A DNA stretch of 63,997 nucleotides, the filler included, from Licmophora abbreviata (taxonomy: Eukaryota), in NCBI GenBank assembly GCA_900291995.1. It is 17 parts of 17 records of this genome, joined end to end, with 100 filler letters (N's around TTAATTAATTAA, not from the genome) between each part and the next. Parts side by side here need not be neighbours in the genome. Positions count along the whole stretch, not along the records: positions 16,346 to 31,614 come from OLMU01002251.1; positions 31,715 to 33,468 come from OLMU01002252.1; 15 more parts are not named here. The stretch is one strand, 5' to 3'. The notes beneath the pieces were generated by a model that had not been told where the DNA came from, did not search any database, and saw only the letters and a program-made list of their open reading frames with translations. The position numbers and the translations under genes were made by a program. Numbering within the stretch: position 1 is the stretch's first letter; each line of letters begins with the position of its first letter. Positions 21,055 to 31,744 of this stretch are shown here, in pieces.

Positions 21055-22275
21055 TCAGCCGAACAGATCATGCGCCAGTTCGAGCGCATCGATCAAGGCA
21101 TCCACTTCGTCGGTGGTGTTGTACACCGCAAAACTCGCGCGGCAGGTGGCCGTAACACCCAGATGATCCATAAGCGGCCCGGCGCAGTGATGCCCGGCCC
21201 TGACCGCGACGCCCTTCTTGTCGAGAATCGTGCTGATGTCGTGCGCATGGGCCGCGCCGTCCATCGTGAACGAGAAGATCGCCGCCTTGTCCGGCGTCGT
21301 GCCTTGCACATTCAACCAGTTGAGACCTGTAAGGCGCTGTTGCGCATAGCTTGACAAGGCGTCTTCATGTGCGGCGATGTCGTGCATGCCGACATCCATC
21401 ATGTAATCGAGAGCCACGCCCAGACCGATGGTCTGCACGATACCCGGTGTTCCGGCCTCGAATTTCATCGGCGGATCGTTATAGGTGACAGCGTCCTTGC
21501 TGACCTCACGGATCATGTCGCCGCCCCCCATGAAAGGACGCATTTCCGCCAACCGCTCGGACTTGACGAAGATCGCGCCCGATCCTGACGGTCCATAAAG
21601 CTTGTGACCCGTGATGGCGTAGAAATCGCATCCGATCTCATCGACATTGACCGGCATATGCACCGCAGCCTGACTGCCATCCACCAGAACGGGCACGCCC
21701 TTGGCGCGGGCACCCTCGCAGATCGCCTTCACATCAACCTTGGTGCCCAACACATTCGACAGATGCGTCACAGCGATCAGCTTGGTTTTCGGCCCGATGG
21801 CATCCAGCACCTTTTGCGGATCAAGCGCGCCGGTGGCATCCACATCCACCCATTTCAGAACCACGCCCTGTCGTTCGCGCAGGAAATGCCATGGCACGAT
21901 ATTGGCGTGATGCTCCATCACCGACAGGATGATCTCATCCCCGGCTTCCATTCGCGGCATGGCCCAGCCATAGGCGACCATGTTGATCCCCTCGGTCGTG
22001 CCGGAATTCAGAACGATCTGGTTTTCATCCGCGACCCCCAGAAAGCGCGCGATGGTGCCGCGCACGGCTTCATATTTCTCGGTGGCGAGGTTCGACAGGT
22101 AATGCAGGCCCCGATGGACATTGGCGTATTCATGCGAATAAGCCGTGGTAATCGCGTCGATCACCACCTGCGGTTTCTGGGCCGAGGCGCCATTGTCCAG
22201 ATAGACCAACGGCTTGCCATTCACTTCCCGGCTGAGGATCGGGAAATCGGCCCGGATTTTATTGATGTCAAGCAT
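21055..22275 (-). CDS. sufS: Cysteine desulfurase SufS
   Basis: YLDNGASAQKP, EHHANIVPW, TGHKLYGP, RAGHHCA. Confidence 0.95.
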   Translation of the reverse strand: MLDINKIRADFPILSREVNGKPLVYLDNGASAQKPQVVIDAITTAYSHEYANVHRGLHYLSNLATEKYEAVRGTIARFLGVADENQIVLNSGTTEGINMVAYGWAMPRMEAGDEIILSVMEHHANIVPWHFLRERQGVVLKWVDVDATGALDPQKVLDAIGPKTKLIAVTHLSNVLGTKVDVKAICEGARAKGVPVLVDGSQAAVHMPVNVDEIGCDFYAITGHKLYGPSGSGAIFVKSERLAEMRPFMGGGDMIREVSKDAVTYNDPPMKFEAGTPGIVQTIGLGVALDYMMDVGMHDIAAHEDALSSYAQQRLTGLNWLNVQGTTPDKAAIFSFTMDGAAHAHDISTILDKKGVAVRAGHHCAGPLMDHLGVTATCRASFAVYNTTDEVDALIDALELAHDLFG

Positions 22276-22276
22276 C

Positions 22277-22879
22277 CTAGGATACCCCCATGAAAAGGCC
22301 GGCAACAGCCCCGAAGAACAGCGACAAGCCGATGGTCACGCCAAGCAGCGATAAGATCAGCACGCCAACGGCCCTCATCGGGCTATCGAACCCATGCGCC
22401 AAATTCAAAAGCGTGGTCACAGCCCATAGCCACCAGACGAACGCAGCGAGGATCATCAGCGATGTGAGGAAGGGTAGAACGAGCCCTCCTACAAGCAAGC
22501 CCAGCATGATCACGAAAGTGACCGCCTGCAGCCACGTCAGCACGGCCAGCACATCTTCGAGTGGACCACGGCCGCCCATCATCCGGCCGACCCAGAAAAA
22601 GACAAACACAGTCAGGATCGCCCTGCCCCACTGCATCAAGGCAAAGACCAGCGGCGCGCTATAGGCCGGTGAGCCCGAGATGATCTCGCCGAACTGATCC
22701 TGAGGCAAAGGGCCCACGCGCATCAGCCCAGAGAAGACCAATGAGGTCATCACCGAAATCAGCGACAGGCCAATCCAGAGCGCTTGCGCGGGCAGGCGCA
22801 AACTCAGGATATAGTCCCCCGCTTCGCGCGGATTGCGCAAAGTCAGAACAAACAAGGATGCAAGTGCAGACGCCGTCAT
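22277..22879 (-). CDS. Yip1-family membrane protein
   Basis: About five TM helices; position between sufD and sufS. Confidence 0.7.
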   Translation of the reverse strand: MTASALASLFVLTLRNPREAGDYILSLRLPAQALWIGLSLISVMTSLVFSGLMRVGPLPQDQFGEIISGSPAYSAPLVFALMQWGRAILTVFVFFWVGRMMGGRGPLEDVLAVLTWLQAVTFVIMLGLLVGGLVLPFLTSLMILAAFVWWLWAVTTLLNLAHGFDSPMRAVGVLILSLLGVTIGLSLFFGAVAGLFMGVS

Positions 22880-23361
22880 GTTTCGCCCCACCCTGCTTCA
22901 CGCAGGTTCGACAGCCAGAACCAAAGAAAAACCACGAGCCACAAGAAACCCACCAGTTGCAACCCCGCTCCGGGGCCGACAAACCCGGCGACAAGACCAT
23001 TCAACAGCACAAGAGGGCTCGCCGCCAAAAACGCCCAGAACAGCGCAAGTCGACACCGATACCCAGTCGTGCGCGCGCCGGACATTTTGAGCACCAGCAG
23101 ACTGAGCGCCGCCAGAACATAAAGAACCAGCGGCACAATGAACACCCAAGCCAGCAAAGCCCCTGCCAGCAGCGAGTTGAGTTCCTGACCCGACATATGC
23201 GCCTCGCGCGCAAGACGCGGCCATTGGCCAACAAATACCACGACACAGCCCGCCATGGCGATCGCCAGCGACCTGCCCTCGTTTTCGGACAAGGACAGCA
23301 GGCGGCGCATGACAGCGCGCGGCCTGCGATAGCTGGCCGCGATATCTGATGTGACGGGCAT
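22876..23361 (-). CDS. Yip1-like membrane protein
   Basis: Hydrophobic, RLALFW motif, coupled to sufD. Confidence 0.7.
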   Translation of the reverse strand: MPVTSDIAASYRRPRAVMRRLLSLSENEGRSLAIAMAGCVVVFVGQWPRLAREAHMSGQELNSLLAGALLAWVFIVPLVLYVLAALSLLVLKMSGARTTGYRCRLALFWAFLAASPLVLLNGLVAGFVGPGAGLQLVGFLWLVVFLWFWLSNLREAGWGET

Positions 23362-24650
23362 CAGCCGCGCCGACGCTCCAGCCAGCCTTCCAGCCGACCG
23401 ACGATTTCATCGCGCAGCGCCTCGTCCTCGATCTCCTCGACCGCCTCGGCCAGAAAGGCCAGCGTCAGAAGGTTGGTGGCGATGTCATGCGGCACGCCCC
23501 GGGCGCGCAGATAAAACAGGCCCTCCTCGTCGATCGCCCCCGATGTGGAGCCGTGCGAACAGGCCACGTCATCGGCATAGATCTCAAGCTCCGGCTTGGC
23601 GTCGAACTCGCTGTCACCATCCAGAAGCAGCGATTGGCTGATCTGATAGCCGTCGGTTTTCTGTGCGCCGGGCTTCACGAGAATCTTGCCCTGAAACACC
23701 CCTCGCGCACCATTGCGGAGGACTTTCTTGAACACCTGACGACTTTCGCAATTCACTGCATCATGCGTGATGAACACCGTGTCGTCGTGGAGGAAATCCC
23801 CATCGCCCACACAGGCCCCAGCGACATGCGCCGTGGCGTTATCGCCCGTCAGCTCGATAATGCACTCGTTTCTGGTGAGAACGCCATTGGCGGTCAGTGT
23901 GAAGGACTTGAACACGCTTTCCTCGGCCAGACGCGCAAAGACATGCGTCGCCGCCCGCCGCTCGTGATCGCGGCCCTGGGCACGGACGTGATGAAAACGC
24001 GCCCCGTCCGCGACCTCGACTTCCATCACCTTGTTGAACCGCGCCGCCGCAGGACCGTTTTCGAGAACGGTCATCTCGGCGCCGGGATCCATCTTGATGA
24101 CGTGATGCAGCATCGCGTCAGAAGAGGTCGACCGGTGATGATAAATCAGGTTCACAGGCTTGCTGACCGTACCGGTCACATGGATGACGACCCCGTCGGT
24201 GGCCAACGCGGTGTTCAGCGCGGCAAGTGGCCGGGCGACAGGCGTTTGACCACGCTCTTCGAGAACGCCATACAGATCCTTGGCCCAGTGAATATCGACC
24301 GATGCCGCAACCGAAAGCCGCTCGATCTTGACGCCCTCAAGCGACAGATCATCGCTCGCCTCGGCATCGAAAACACCGTCCACGAACACGATCTTCAGCC
24401 GCTCGATGTTGTTGAAAATCGGCGTATCATCCGATAGGAACAATGCCGCTTCGGGCGCATCTGCCTGCACCAAGGTTTTGGGATTGGTGTATTTCCAATA
24501 CTCATCCCGCCGATGCGGCAGACCCGTGTTGCGAACCCGCGCCAGCGCGGCATCGCGCGCCGCGTTCGACCAAGCCGCACCGTCCGGGCGCGTCACGCCG
24601 GACAGGCGCGCTTCGGTCGCGTCAAGTTTCGCCTGGGGCAAAGCCATCAT
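23361..24650 (-). CDS. sufD: Fe-S assembly protein SufD
   Basis: EYWKYT, KPELEIYADDVACSHG, FYLRARG. Confidence 0.95.
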   Translation of the reverse strand: MMALPQAKLDATEARLSGVTRPDGAAWSNAARDAALARVRNTGLPHRRDEYWKYTNPKTLVQADAPEAALFLSDDTPIFNNIERLKIVFVDGVFDAEASDDLSLEGVKIERLSVAASVDIHWAKDLYGVLEERGQTPVARPLAALNTALATDGVVIHVTGTVSKPVNLIYHHRSTSSDAMLHHVIKMDPGAEMTVLENGPAAARFNKVMEVEVADGARFHHVRAQGRDHERRAATHVFARLAEESVFKSFTLTANGVLTRNECIIELTGDNATAHVAGACVGDGDFLHDDTVFITHDAVNCESRQVFKKVLRNGARGVFQGKILVKPGAQKTDGYQISQSLLLDGDSEFDAKPELEIYADDVACSHGSTSGAIDEEGLFYLRARGVPHDIATNLLTLAFLAEAVEEIEDEALRDEIVGRLEGWLERRRG

Positions 24651-25402
24651 GCCACCTCCGCCTTGATATCCTCATAGCCATTCTGCTCGACCTCAAGCGC
24701 AAGCTCCGGCCCGCCGGTCTTGATGATGCGGCCATTCGACATGATGTGCACCACGTCCGGCTTGATGTGATCCAGAAGACGCTGGTAATGCGTGATGACT
24801 AGAAAGCCGCGTCCTTCGTTGCGCAAGGCGTTCACGCCTTCTGCGACCAGCTTCATAGCGTCCACGTCAAGCCCGGAATCCGTCTCGTCGAGAATGCACA
24901 TCTTCGGTTCGAGAAGCGCCATCTGCAGAATCTCGTTGCGCTTTTTCTCACCGCCCGAGAAGCCCACATTGACCGGCCGCTTGAGCATGTCGTTGTCCAT
25001 CTTGAGCGTCGCCGCCTTTTCGCGCACCAGCTTGAGGAAATCCGTCGCACTCATTTCCTCAAGGCCCTTGGCCTTGCGCTGTGCGTTCAGCGCCGTGCGC
25101 AAAAAGGTCATGTTGCCGACACCCGGAATTTCGACCGGATACTGGAACGCCAGGAAAAGACCTGCCGCCGCGCGCTCTTCGGGATCCATATCGAGGATAT
25201 CCACACCCTCGAGCGTCGCCGAGCCTTGGGTCACTTCATAACCGTCGCGCCCTGCCAGAACATAGCTGAGTGTGGATTTGCCCGATCCGTTGGGGCCCAT
25301 GATCGCATGAACCTTGCCGGCCTCCACCGTCAGGTCCACACCTTTGAGGATGGTCTTGTCCTCGCCTTCCAGATCGACGTGCAAGTTCTTAATTTCCAGC
25401 AT
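24647..25402 (-). CDS. sufC: Fe-S assembly ATPase SufC
   Basis: GPNGSGKST, FQYPVEIPGV, FSGGEKKRNE, LDETDSGLD. Confidence 0.97.
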   Translation of the reverse strand: MLEIKNLHVDLEGEDKTILKGVDLTVEAGKVHAIMGPNGSGKSTLSYVLAGRDGYEVTQGSATLEGVDILDMDPEERAAAGLFLAFQYPVEIPGVGNMTFLRTALNAQRKAKGLEEMSATDFLKLVREKAATLKMDNDMLKRPVNVGFSGGEKKRNEILQMALLEPKMCILDETDSGLDVDAMKLVAEGVNALRNEGRGFLVITHYQRLLDHIKPDVVHIMSNGRIIKTGGPELALEVEQNGYEDIKAEVA

Positions 25403-25435
25403 ATTCAGCTCCTCGCTTTCAGTCCTCGACGCGGC

Positions 25436-26038
25436 TCAGGGCCGCGTCATCATTTCAATGATCGACAACAGCCGATCTCCGGGTACGGCCATCGGCATCA
25501 CGTCGAATTCTGCCATACGCCCGGTCATCCTCGGTTCACCGACAAAGGCCTCGACACGGTGATAGTGCCGGCGCCTTGCGTAATCATCCACGAACACCCG
25601 CACCGGGGCTTTCGTCCTGAACGCCGCCGCGAGCACGCAACCGGCGCGAAACCGTCCATCCACCAGCACCACATCCGGCTGGCGCATCTCGGGCAGCTCC
25701 CAGACCTCAAGTGGATAGCGCGCATAGCGTTGCCACTCGCTGTTGCCGGTCGGGTAGCCCCATTCTTTCGTCGGCCCGATATCGGACCAGATGATGTCCA
25801 CCTCTGTGCCGGTGGCGGGCGGCGCTTGATGGAACCAGGCGCGCATCATCTCGACCCAGGATTGATCGCTCTCGACCGTGAAGACCCGTTTTCCCGGCAT
25901 CTCTCCCGCCATCACGGTGGACCCACCGCTGCCATATTCGAGGATCACGCCCGCGTGCTCGTAAGCATCGCGCAACCGTGCCGCCTCGACCTCGGGCAGG
26001 GTCAGCTCGGGCCGCGATATGGTGCCGGTCTCCGTCAT
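25436..26038 (-). CDS. Class I SAM methyltransferase-like hypothetical protein
   Basis: [29 protein letters not shown] motifs. Confidence 0.65.
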   Translation of the reverse strand: MTETGTISRPELTLPEVEAARLRDAYEHAGVILEYGSGGSTVMAGEMPGKRVFTVESDQSWVEMMRAWFHQAPPATGTEVDIIWSDIGPTKEWGYPTGNSEWQRYARYPLEVWELPEMRQPDVVLVDGRFRAGCVLAAAFRTKAPVRVFVDDYARRRHYHRVEAFVGEPRMTGRMAEFDVMPMAVPGDRLLSIIEMMTRP

Positions 26039-26355
26039 GCCCTGTCCAGCACCACCGCCGTGCCGCTTGCCGAAACCATAAGCATCGAGTCGCCAACCAC
26101 TTCATAATCCAGATCGACCCCCACGACCGCATCCGCGCCAAGCGCCGCGGCGCGCTCTTCGAGCTCGTGCATTGCGGTATCACGGGCATCCTGCAGCTTG
26201 GATTCGTAAGCGCCCGACCGGCCTCCCACGACATCGGTGATCGAGGCGAAGAAATCACGGAAGACATTGGCCCCCATGATCGCCTCGCCCACGACGATGC
26301 CGCGATACTCGGTGATCTTGCGACCTTCGATGCCATGCGTGGTGGTGATGATCAT
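26035..26355 (-). CDS. YbjQ/UPF0145 family protein
   Basis: MIITTT...GGRSGAYE...[12 protein letters not shown]...ASGTAV. Confidence 0.9.
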   Translation of the reverse strand: MIITTTHGIEGRKITEYRGIVVGEAIMGANVFRDFFASITDVVGGRSGAYESKLQDARDTAMHELEERAAALGADAVVGVDLDYEVVGDSMLMVSASGTAVVLDRA

Positions 26356-26389
26356 GAAGCCGTCCCCGGGTAAAGCCTGTCGGCGGGCC

Positions 26390-27913
26390 TCAGCCCACCG
26401 ATCCTTCCAGCGAAATCGCCACCAACTGCTGCGCTTCCATCGCGAACTCCATCGGCAGCGCCTGCAGAACGTCCCGGCAAAACCCGTTGACCACCAACGC
26501 CACGGCCTCTTCCTCGTCCATACCGCGCTGGCGGCAATAAAAGAGCTGGTCGTCATCCACCTTCGAAGTTGTGGCCTCGTGCTCAACACGGCTCGAGTTG
26601 TTCTTGACCTCGATATAAGGCACCGTATGCGCCCCGCATTTGTCGCCGATCAGCAGGCTGTCGCACTGCGTGTAATTGCGGCTGTTGGTTGCCTTGGGGT
26701 GCATCGACACCAGCCCGCGATAGGTATTCTGCGCCTTGCCCGCACTGATCCCCTTGGACACGATGCGCGACTTGGTGTTCTTGCCCAGATGGATCATCTT
26801 GGTGCCAGTATCGGCCTGCTGGAAATTGTTGGTGATGGCGATCGAATAGAACTCGCCCTGACTGTCATCGCCGCGCAGGATGCAGGAGGGGTATTTCCAG
26901 GTCACGGCACTCCCCGTTTCCACCTGGGTCCACATCACCTTGGCGCGATCGCCGCGGCAATCAGCCCGCTTGGTCACGAAGTTGTAGATGCCGCCCGTGC
27001 CATCCTCGTTGCCGGGGAACCAGTTCTGAACTGTCGAGTATTTCACCTCGGCGTCTTCCTCGACGACGATCTCGACCACCGCCGCGTGCAGCTGGCTTTC
27101 ATCGCGCTGCGGCGCGGTGCAGCCTTCGAGGTAACTGACATACGAGCCTTTGTCTGCGATGATCAGCGTCCGCTCGAACTGCCCCGTATTCTCGGCGTTG
27201 ATGCGGAAATAGGTGCTCAACTCCATCGGGCAGCGCACACCGGGCGGCACATAGACAAACGAGCCGTCCGAGAACACGGCGGAATTCAACGTGGCATAGA
27301 AATTGTCGCTGACCGGGACGACCGACCCGAGATATTTCTTGATCAGTTCGGGGTGCTTTTCGATGGCCTCGGAGATCGAGCAGAAGATCACGCCGGCCTT
27401 CTCCAGCTCTTTCTGAAATGTGGTGCCGACAGAAACCGAGTCGAACACCGCGTCCACCGCGACCTTGCGCCCCTCGGCGGGCGCATCCTCGGCGCCTTCG
27501 ATACCGGCAAGGATCATCTGCTCTTTCAGCGGGATCCCGAGCTTTTCATAGGTTTCCAACAGCTTGGGATCGACCTCGTCCAATGACTTGGGCTTGACCG
27601 CCATGCTTTTGGGGCGCGCATAGTAATACTGGTTCTGGAAATCCACCTCGGGATAATCCAGCATCGCCCATTCCGGCTCTTTCATCTGAAGCCAGCGCTC
27701 ATAGGCCTGCAGACGCCATTCGGTCATCCACTCCGGCTCGCCGTTCTTTTCGGAGATGAGCTTCACGATATCTTCGGTCAGACCCTTGGGGGCGTAATCC
27801 ATCTCGATATCGGTGTTCCAACCGTGTTTGTAGGTACCCGCCATCTCGCGCACGGCATCGACGGTTTCCTTGTCGACGCCTTCCTTGACCTGCATGTCAT
27901 CCAGTGCCGTCAT
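26390..27913 (-). CDS. sufB: Fe-S assembly protein SufB
   Basis: [36 protein letters not shown]. Confidence 0.97.
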   Translation of the reverse strand: MTALDDMQVKEGVDKETVDAVREMAGTYKHGWNTDIEMDYAPKGLTEDIVKLISEKNGEPEWMTEWRLQAYERWLQMKEPEWAMLDYPEVDFQNQYYYARPKSMAVKPKSLDEVDPKLLETYEKLGIPLKEQMILAGIEGAEDAPAEGRKVAVDAVFDSVSVGTTFQKELEKAGVIFCSISEAIEKHPELIKKYLGSVVPVSDNFYATLNSAVFSDGSFVYVPPGVRCPMELSTYFRINAENTGQFERTLIIADKGSYVSYLEGCTAPQRDESQLHAAVVEIVVEEDAEVKYSTVQNWFPGNEDGTGGIYNFVTKRADCRGDRAKVMWTQVETGSAVTWKYPSCILRGDDSQGEFYSIAITNNFQQADTGTKMIHLGKNTKSRIVSKGISAGKAQNTYRGLVSMHPKATNSRNYTQCDSLLIGDKCGAHTVPYIEVKNNSSRVEHEATTSKVDDDQLFYCRQRGMDEEEAVALVVNGFCRDVLQALPMEFAMEAQQLVAISLEGSVG

Positions 27914-27934
27914 AGTGGCCCCCTCCTTGGTGTA

Positions 27935-28999
27935 TTACGCCGCACGGGCGCGGTGTCTGTTCAGATGCTTCAACCAGCTTTCGGCGAAGCGTGTCACGTC
28001 GTTGCGGGTCGTTTCCGGCCCAAGCGAAACACGCACGGCGCATCCCGCATCCGCCCCGCTGAAGCCCATGGCCTGCAGCACGCCGCTGCTTCTGACCTTG
28101 CCGCTGGAACAGGCCGACCCCGCCGATATCGCGAAACCCGCCAGATCCATCGCCATCACCTGCGTTTCGCCCTTCCATCCCGGAGTGATGAAACACGACG
28201 TGTTGGGCAACCGAGCGCTGTCTTTCCCGACAAAAATAGTCTCATTTGAGCCAGCTGCAATGATATTTTCTAGAATCTTTCTAAATTCGGCAATCCGGTC
28301 CCATGTCCCGGTGGCAATATCCTCGACCGCCGCTTTAGCTGCGGCTCCGAACCCCGCGATTCCAATGACATTTTCGGTCCCGGACCTGCGCCCCATCTCT
28401 TGGCCGCCGCCCCGGATCCGCGCCTCGAGATCGGTTCCACGCTTCACGATCAGGGCCCCCACACCCTTTGGCCCACCCAGCTTGTGCGCCGCACTCAGCG
28501 CCATGCGGCATCCCGACCAGTTGAACGCTACGGGCAACTTTCCGAATGCCTGCGTCATGTCACTGACCTCAAGCCCCTCGGGCAAGTCCTGAATCACCCC
28601 GGTCTCGGAATTGGCCTTCTGCAGGACGGACTGCCCGGGTGACCTGACCGTGACGCGCCCCTGCGCATCGACCGGAAGGTCCGACTCGATCCATGCCTTG
28701 ACCGCATCATGCTCGACCGCGGCCCCATGCAGCCCGCGCCCCGCACAGGCCAGTGCCGCCGCTTCCGTCGCCCCCGAGGTAAAGATCACGTCTGCGCCCT
28801 CTGCCCCGAACGCCGCCGCAACCTGTTCTCTCGCGCGCTCGACAAGCGCCTTGCCTGCGCGCCCTTCGGCATGCACGCTCGAGGGGTTTCCCACCACATC
28901 CATCGCCGCGATCATCGCGTCACGCGCCTCGGGCCGAAGCGGCGTCGTGGCATTGTGATCAAGATAGACGCGGCTCACTGCTCCGCCCTCCTTTTGCAT
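27935..28999 (-). CDS. iscS: IscS/NifS-type cysteine desulfurase
   Basis: YLDHNATTP, GNPSSVH, AHKLGGPKGVG, SAGSACSSG. Confidence 0.88.
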   Translation of the reverse strand: MQKEGGAVSRVYLDHNATTPLRPEARDAMIAAMDVVGNPSSVHAEGRAGKALVERAREQVAAAFGAEGADVIFTSGATEAAALACAGRGLHGAAVEHDAVKAWIESDLPVDAQGRVTVRSPGQSVLQKANSETGVIQDLPEGLEVSDMTQAFGKLPVAFNWSGCRMALSAAHKLGGPKGVGALIVKRGTDLEARIRGGGQEMGRRSGTENVIGIAGFGAAAKAAVEDIATGTWDRIAEFRKILENIIAAGSNETIFVGKDSARLPNTSCFITPGWKGETQVMAMDLAGFAISAGSACSSGKVRSSGVLQAMGFSGADAGCAVRVSLGPETTRNDVTRFAESWLKHLNRHRARAA

Positions 29000-29036
29000 T
29001 CACACCGACAGAGCGCCATGATCGCCTTGGCGCGCA

Positions 29037-29498
29037 TCACTCTTCATCCACCACAGAAAACAGTGTCGGCACCGCCGGGCATGGCGCCAGCGTGTTGGAC
29101 ACCACATCGCTCAACCGGGTCTGGTGCAGGAAGACATAGACCTGCGCGCTCAGTGATTCCCACAGCCTGTTGGTCATGGATTGCGCTTTCGATCCGCTGG
29201 CCGCCCCCGAGGCTCCGGCCCCCTTCTGCAAGGCATTGACCGTTTCATCCACCGCCGCCAGCACATCCACCACCCGGATTTCGGATGCAGGCCGCGCCAG
29301 CCTATAGCCCCCGCCCGGCCCACGCACCGAGGTCACGAGGTTCGCCCGGCGCAATTTGACGAAAAGCTGCTCGAGATAGGGCAAGGATACGTCCTGCCGC
29401 CTGGAAATCTCGCTGAGCGTGACAAGGGACTCGCCATCCTGAAGGGCGATATCCACGAGCGCCACCATCGCATAGCGGCCTTTCGTACTCAGCTTCAT
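29037..29498 (-). CDS. iscR: Rrf2-family regulator IscR
   Basis: MKLSTKGRYA, YLEQLF, SVRGPGGGY; first gene of isc/suf operon. Confidence 0.9.
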   Translation of the reverse strand: MKLSTKGRYAMVALVDIALQDGESLVTLSEISRRQDVSLPYLEQLFVKLRRANLVTSVRGPGGGYRLARPASEIRVVDVLAAVDETVNALQKGAGASGAASGSKAQSMTNRLWESLSAQVYVFLHQTRLSDVVSNTLAPCPAVPTLFSVVDEE

Positions 29499-29577
29499 CA
29501 GGCAAATCCCCTTGAATAGATTGACGTGACGCCATGCAGGGCTTATCTCGGCTGAAACTTCCGGCCCCGGCGGGAAA

Positions 29578-29594
29578 TTTAGAATAGTTCTAAG
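29578..29594. promoter_or_regulatory. Irr box (iron control element) TTTAGAATAGTTCTAAG
   Basis: One mismatch to ICE consensus TTTRGAAYNRTTCYAAA, upstream of iscR-suf. Confidence 0.75.
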
Positions 29595-29597
29595 GTG

Positions 29598-29616
29598 CTT
29601 GATCGATTTCGTCAAG
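29598..29616. promoter_or_regulatory. IscR/Iron-Rhodo-type box CTTGA-N9-TCAAG
   Basis: 19-bp dyad CTTGATCGATTTCGTCAAG upstream of iscR. Confidence 0.65.
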
Positions 29617-29652
29617 AAAGTCGCACACCCAAACCACGGAGATACAGGCCCC

Positions 29653-30306
29653 ATGCCCGAGGTTATCTTTCCCGGTCCCGAAGGCCGTCTTGAAGGACGT
29701 TACCACCCGCAGCGTGAAAAGGATGCCCCGATCGCGATTGTGCTGCATCCCCACCCGCAATTCGGCGGGACGATGAACAACAAGGTGGTCTACAACCTTC
29801 ACTATGCCTTCTACAATATGGGGTTCACGGTGCTGCGGTTCAATTTCCGTGGCGTGGGCCGGTCGCAAGGCGAATACGATCAGGGCATCGGCGAACTCAG
29901 CGATGCGGCCTCGGCGCTCGATTACCTGCAATCCATGAACAGCAATTCCAAGCATTGCTGGGTCGCGGGCTTCTCATTCGGCGCTTGGATCGGGATGCAG
30001 CTACTCATGCGCCGCCCCGAGATCACGGGCTTCGTGTCGGTCTCGCCGCCCGCGAATATGTACGACTTCTCGTTTCTCGCGCCCTGCCCGTCCTCGGGTC
30101 TGGTGATCAACGGCACCGCGGACCGGGTCGCCCCGCCCGCCGACACCACGGCGCTCGTGAACAAGCTTCACGAGCAGCAGGGGATCACCGTCACCCACGA
30201 ACAGGTCGAGGGCGCGGACCACTTCTTCAAAGAGCCGCATATGGACACGATGATCGACACCGTGACCAGCTATGTGAGACGGCGCCTGACCGAAAACACC
30301 CGGTGA
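29653..30306 (+). CDS. Alpha/beta hydrolase
   Basis: HPHPQFGGTM, GFSFG nucleophile elbow, ADHFF; divergent from iscR. Confidence 0.9.
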   Translation: MPEVIFPGPEGRLEGRYHPQREKDAPIAIVLHPHPQFGGTMNNKVVYNLHYAFYNMGFTVLRFNFRGVGRSQGEYDQGIGELSDAASALDYLQSMNSNSKHCWVAGFSFGAWIGMQLLMRRPEITGFVSVSPPANMYDFSFLAPCPSSGLVINGTADRVAPPADTTALVNKLHEQQGITVTHEQVEGADHFFKEPHMDTMIDTVTSYVRRRLTENTR

Positions 30307-30310
30307 CATC

Positions 30311-30565
30311 ATGGGCGTGACCGAGGATCTGGCCGACGAACTGGCGCTCGATGTGCTCAAATACATCGACGCCACGGGCGATGAGCAGATCGTCTCGGAC
30401 GTGGTCAAATTGCTGGGCGCCACCTCTCAGACGGCCGAAGAGGCGTTCCTGACTTCTTTGCGCGTGCGTCGTGCAAACAAGAAAGCCCGCGCCTTGCTCT
30501 TGGATCGCGCAAAGAAATTCCAAGCCGGGCTGGAACAGGGTGACAAAGCCGCCGACGCAGGATGA
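30311..30565 (+). CDS. Hypothetical protein, 84 aa
   Basis: Fills operon slot, overlaps next start codon, host-like codon use. Confidence 0.7.
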   Translation: MGVTEDLADELALDVLKYIDATGDEQIVSDVVKLLGATSQTAEEAFLTSLRVRRANKKARALLLDRAKKFQAGLEQGDKAADAG

Positions 30566-31614
30566 GCCCAACGCCGCTCGATGCCAGAATGGCCTTCCTG
30601 ATCGAGGCGTGCAGGCTCAAATCCGTTACTCGCGGAAATGATCTGATCGATCTCTCACGCCCCGAGAACGTCGCAGAACACAGTTGGCATGTGGCGCTCT
30701 GCGCGCTCATCCTGACCCCGCCTTCCGCCGTGGCGCAGGTGACGCCGCAAAGCCGTGATCGCGCCATCGCCATGCTTCTGGTGCATGATCTGGTCGAGAT
30801 CGACACCGGCGACCAACCCATCCACCTGCCCCACGATCCCGACGCGCTGCGCGCCAGCGAAGAGGCCGCCGCCTTGCGGCTGTTTGCACTGCTGCCCGCC
30901 GATCAGGGGGCCGCTCTGCAGGCATTATGGGCCGAATTCTGCGCGGGGAAAAGCCCGGCGGCCCGGTTGGCGCGGGCGGTCGATCACCTGCAACCGATCC
31001 TCCAAGTGCTCTGCGCCGAAAGACCCCGCCCGGATCATCTGGGCGTCGTGGCCGACAATCTGGCGACGGGCCGCGCCCGGTGGGTCGTAACCGACTGGCC
31101 CGACATGGCCGCTTGCCTCCACGCCCTGCGCCATGGCGCGCCGCTGCCCTGCAGCACGCTGGCGAGCCAGATCACGTCTCTGGCCACCGCCGACCGGCTC
31201 AAATCCGTCACCCGTGCCACCCCGATCTGCGACGGATCGCGCCATGAGAATTCCGCCGAGCACAGCTGGCATCTCGCCCTGTTCGCGCAGGTGCTGGCCG
31301 ATCATGCGCCCGATGGCGCCTGCCCGGCGCGGGTGACGCGGATGCTTTTGCTGCATGACCTCGTTGAAATCGATGCCGGCGATATGCCGATCTACGCTCA
31401 GGCCGACCGCGCGGCCATCGCGCAGGCGGAGATCGCGGCAGCGGATCGTATCTTCGGGCTTCTGCCGGACGATCAGGGGCGCGACATGCGCGCCCTCTGG
31501 GATGAATTCGAGGCCGCCCACACGGCCGACGCCCGCTTCGCCAAGGCGCTTGATCGGTTCCAGCCGCCCAATCTGAACCTCGCCACGGACGGGGTCAGCT
31601 GGCGCGCGCATGGC
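30562..31614 (+). CDS. Tandem HD-domain (YfbR/HD_3-like) hydrolase (truncated by gap)
   Basis: ENVAEHSWH...HDLVEIDTGD and ENSAEHSWH...HDLVEIDAGD. Confidence 0.85.
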
Positions 31615-31744
31615 NNNNNNNNNNNNNNNNNNNNNNNNNNNNNNNNNNNNNNNNNNNNTTAATTAATTAANNNNNNNNNNNNNNNNNNNNNNNNNNNNNN
31701 NNNNNNNNNNNNNNTGCCCCGCCGGTACATCATGCAGCCCGTCC

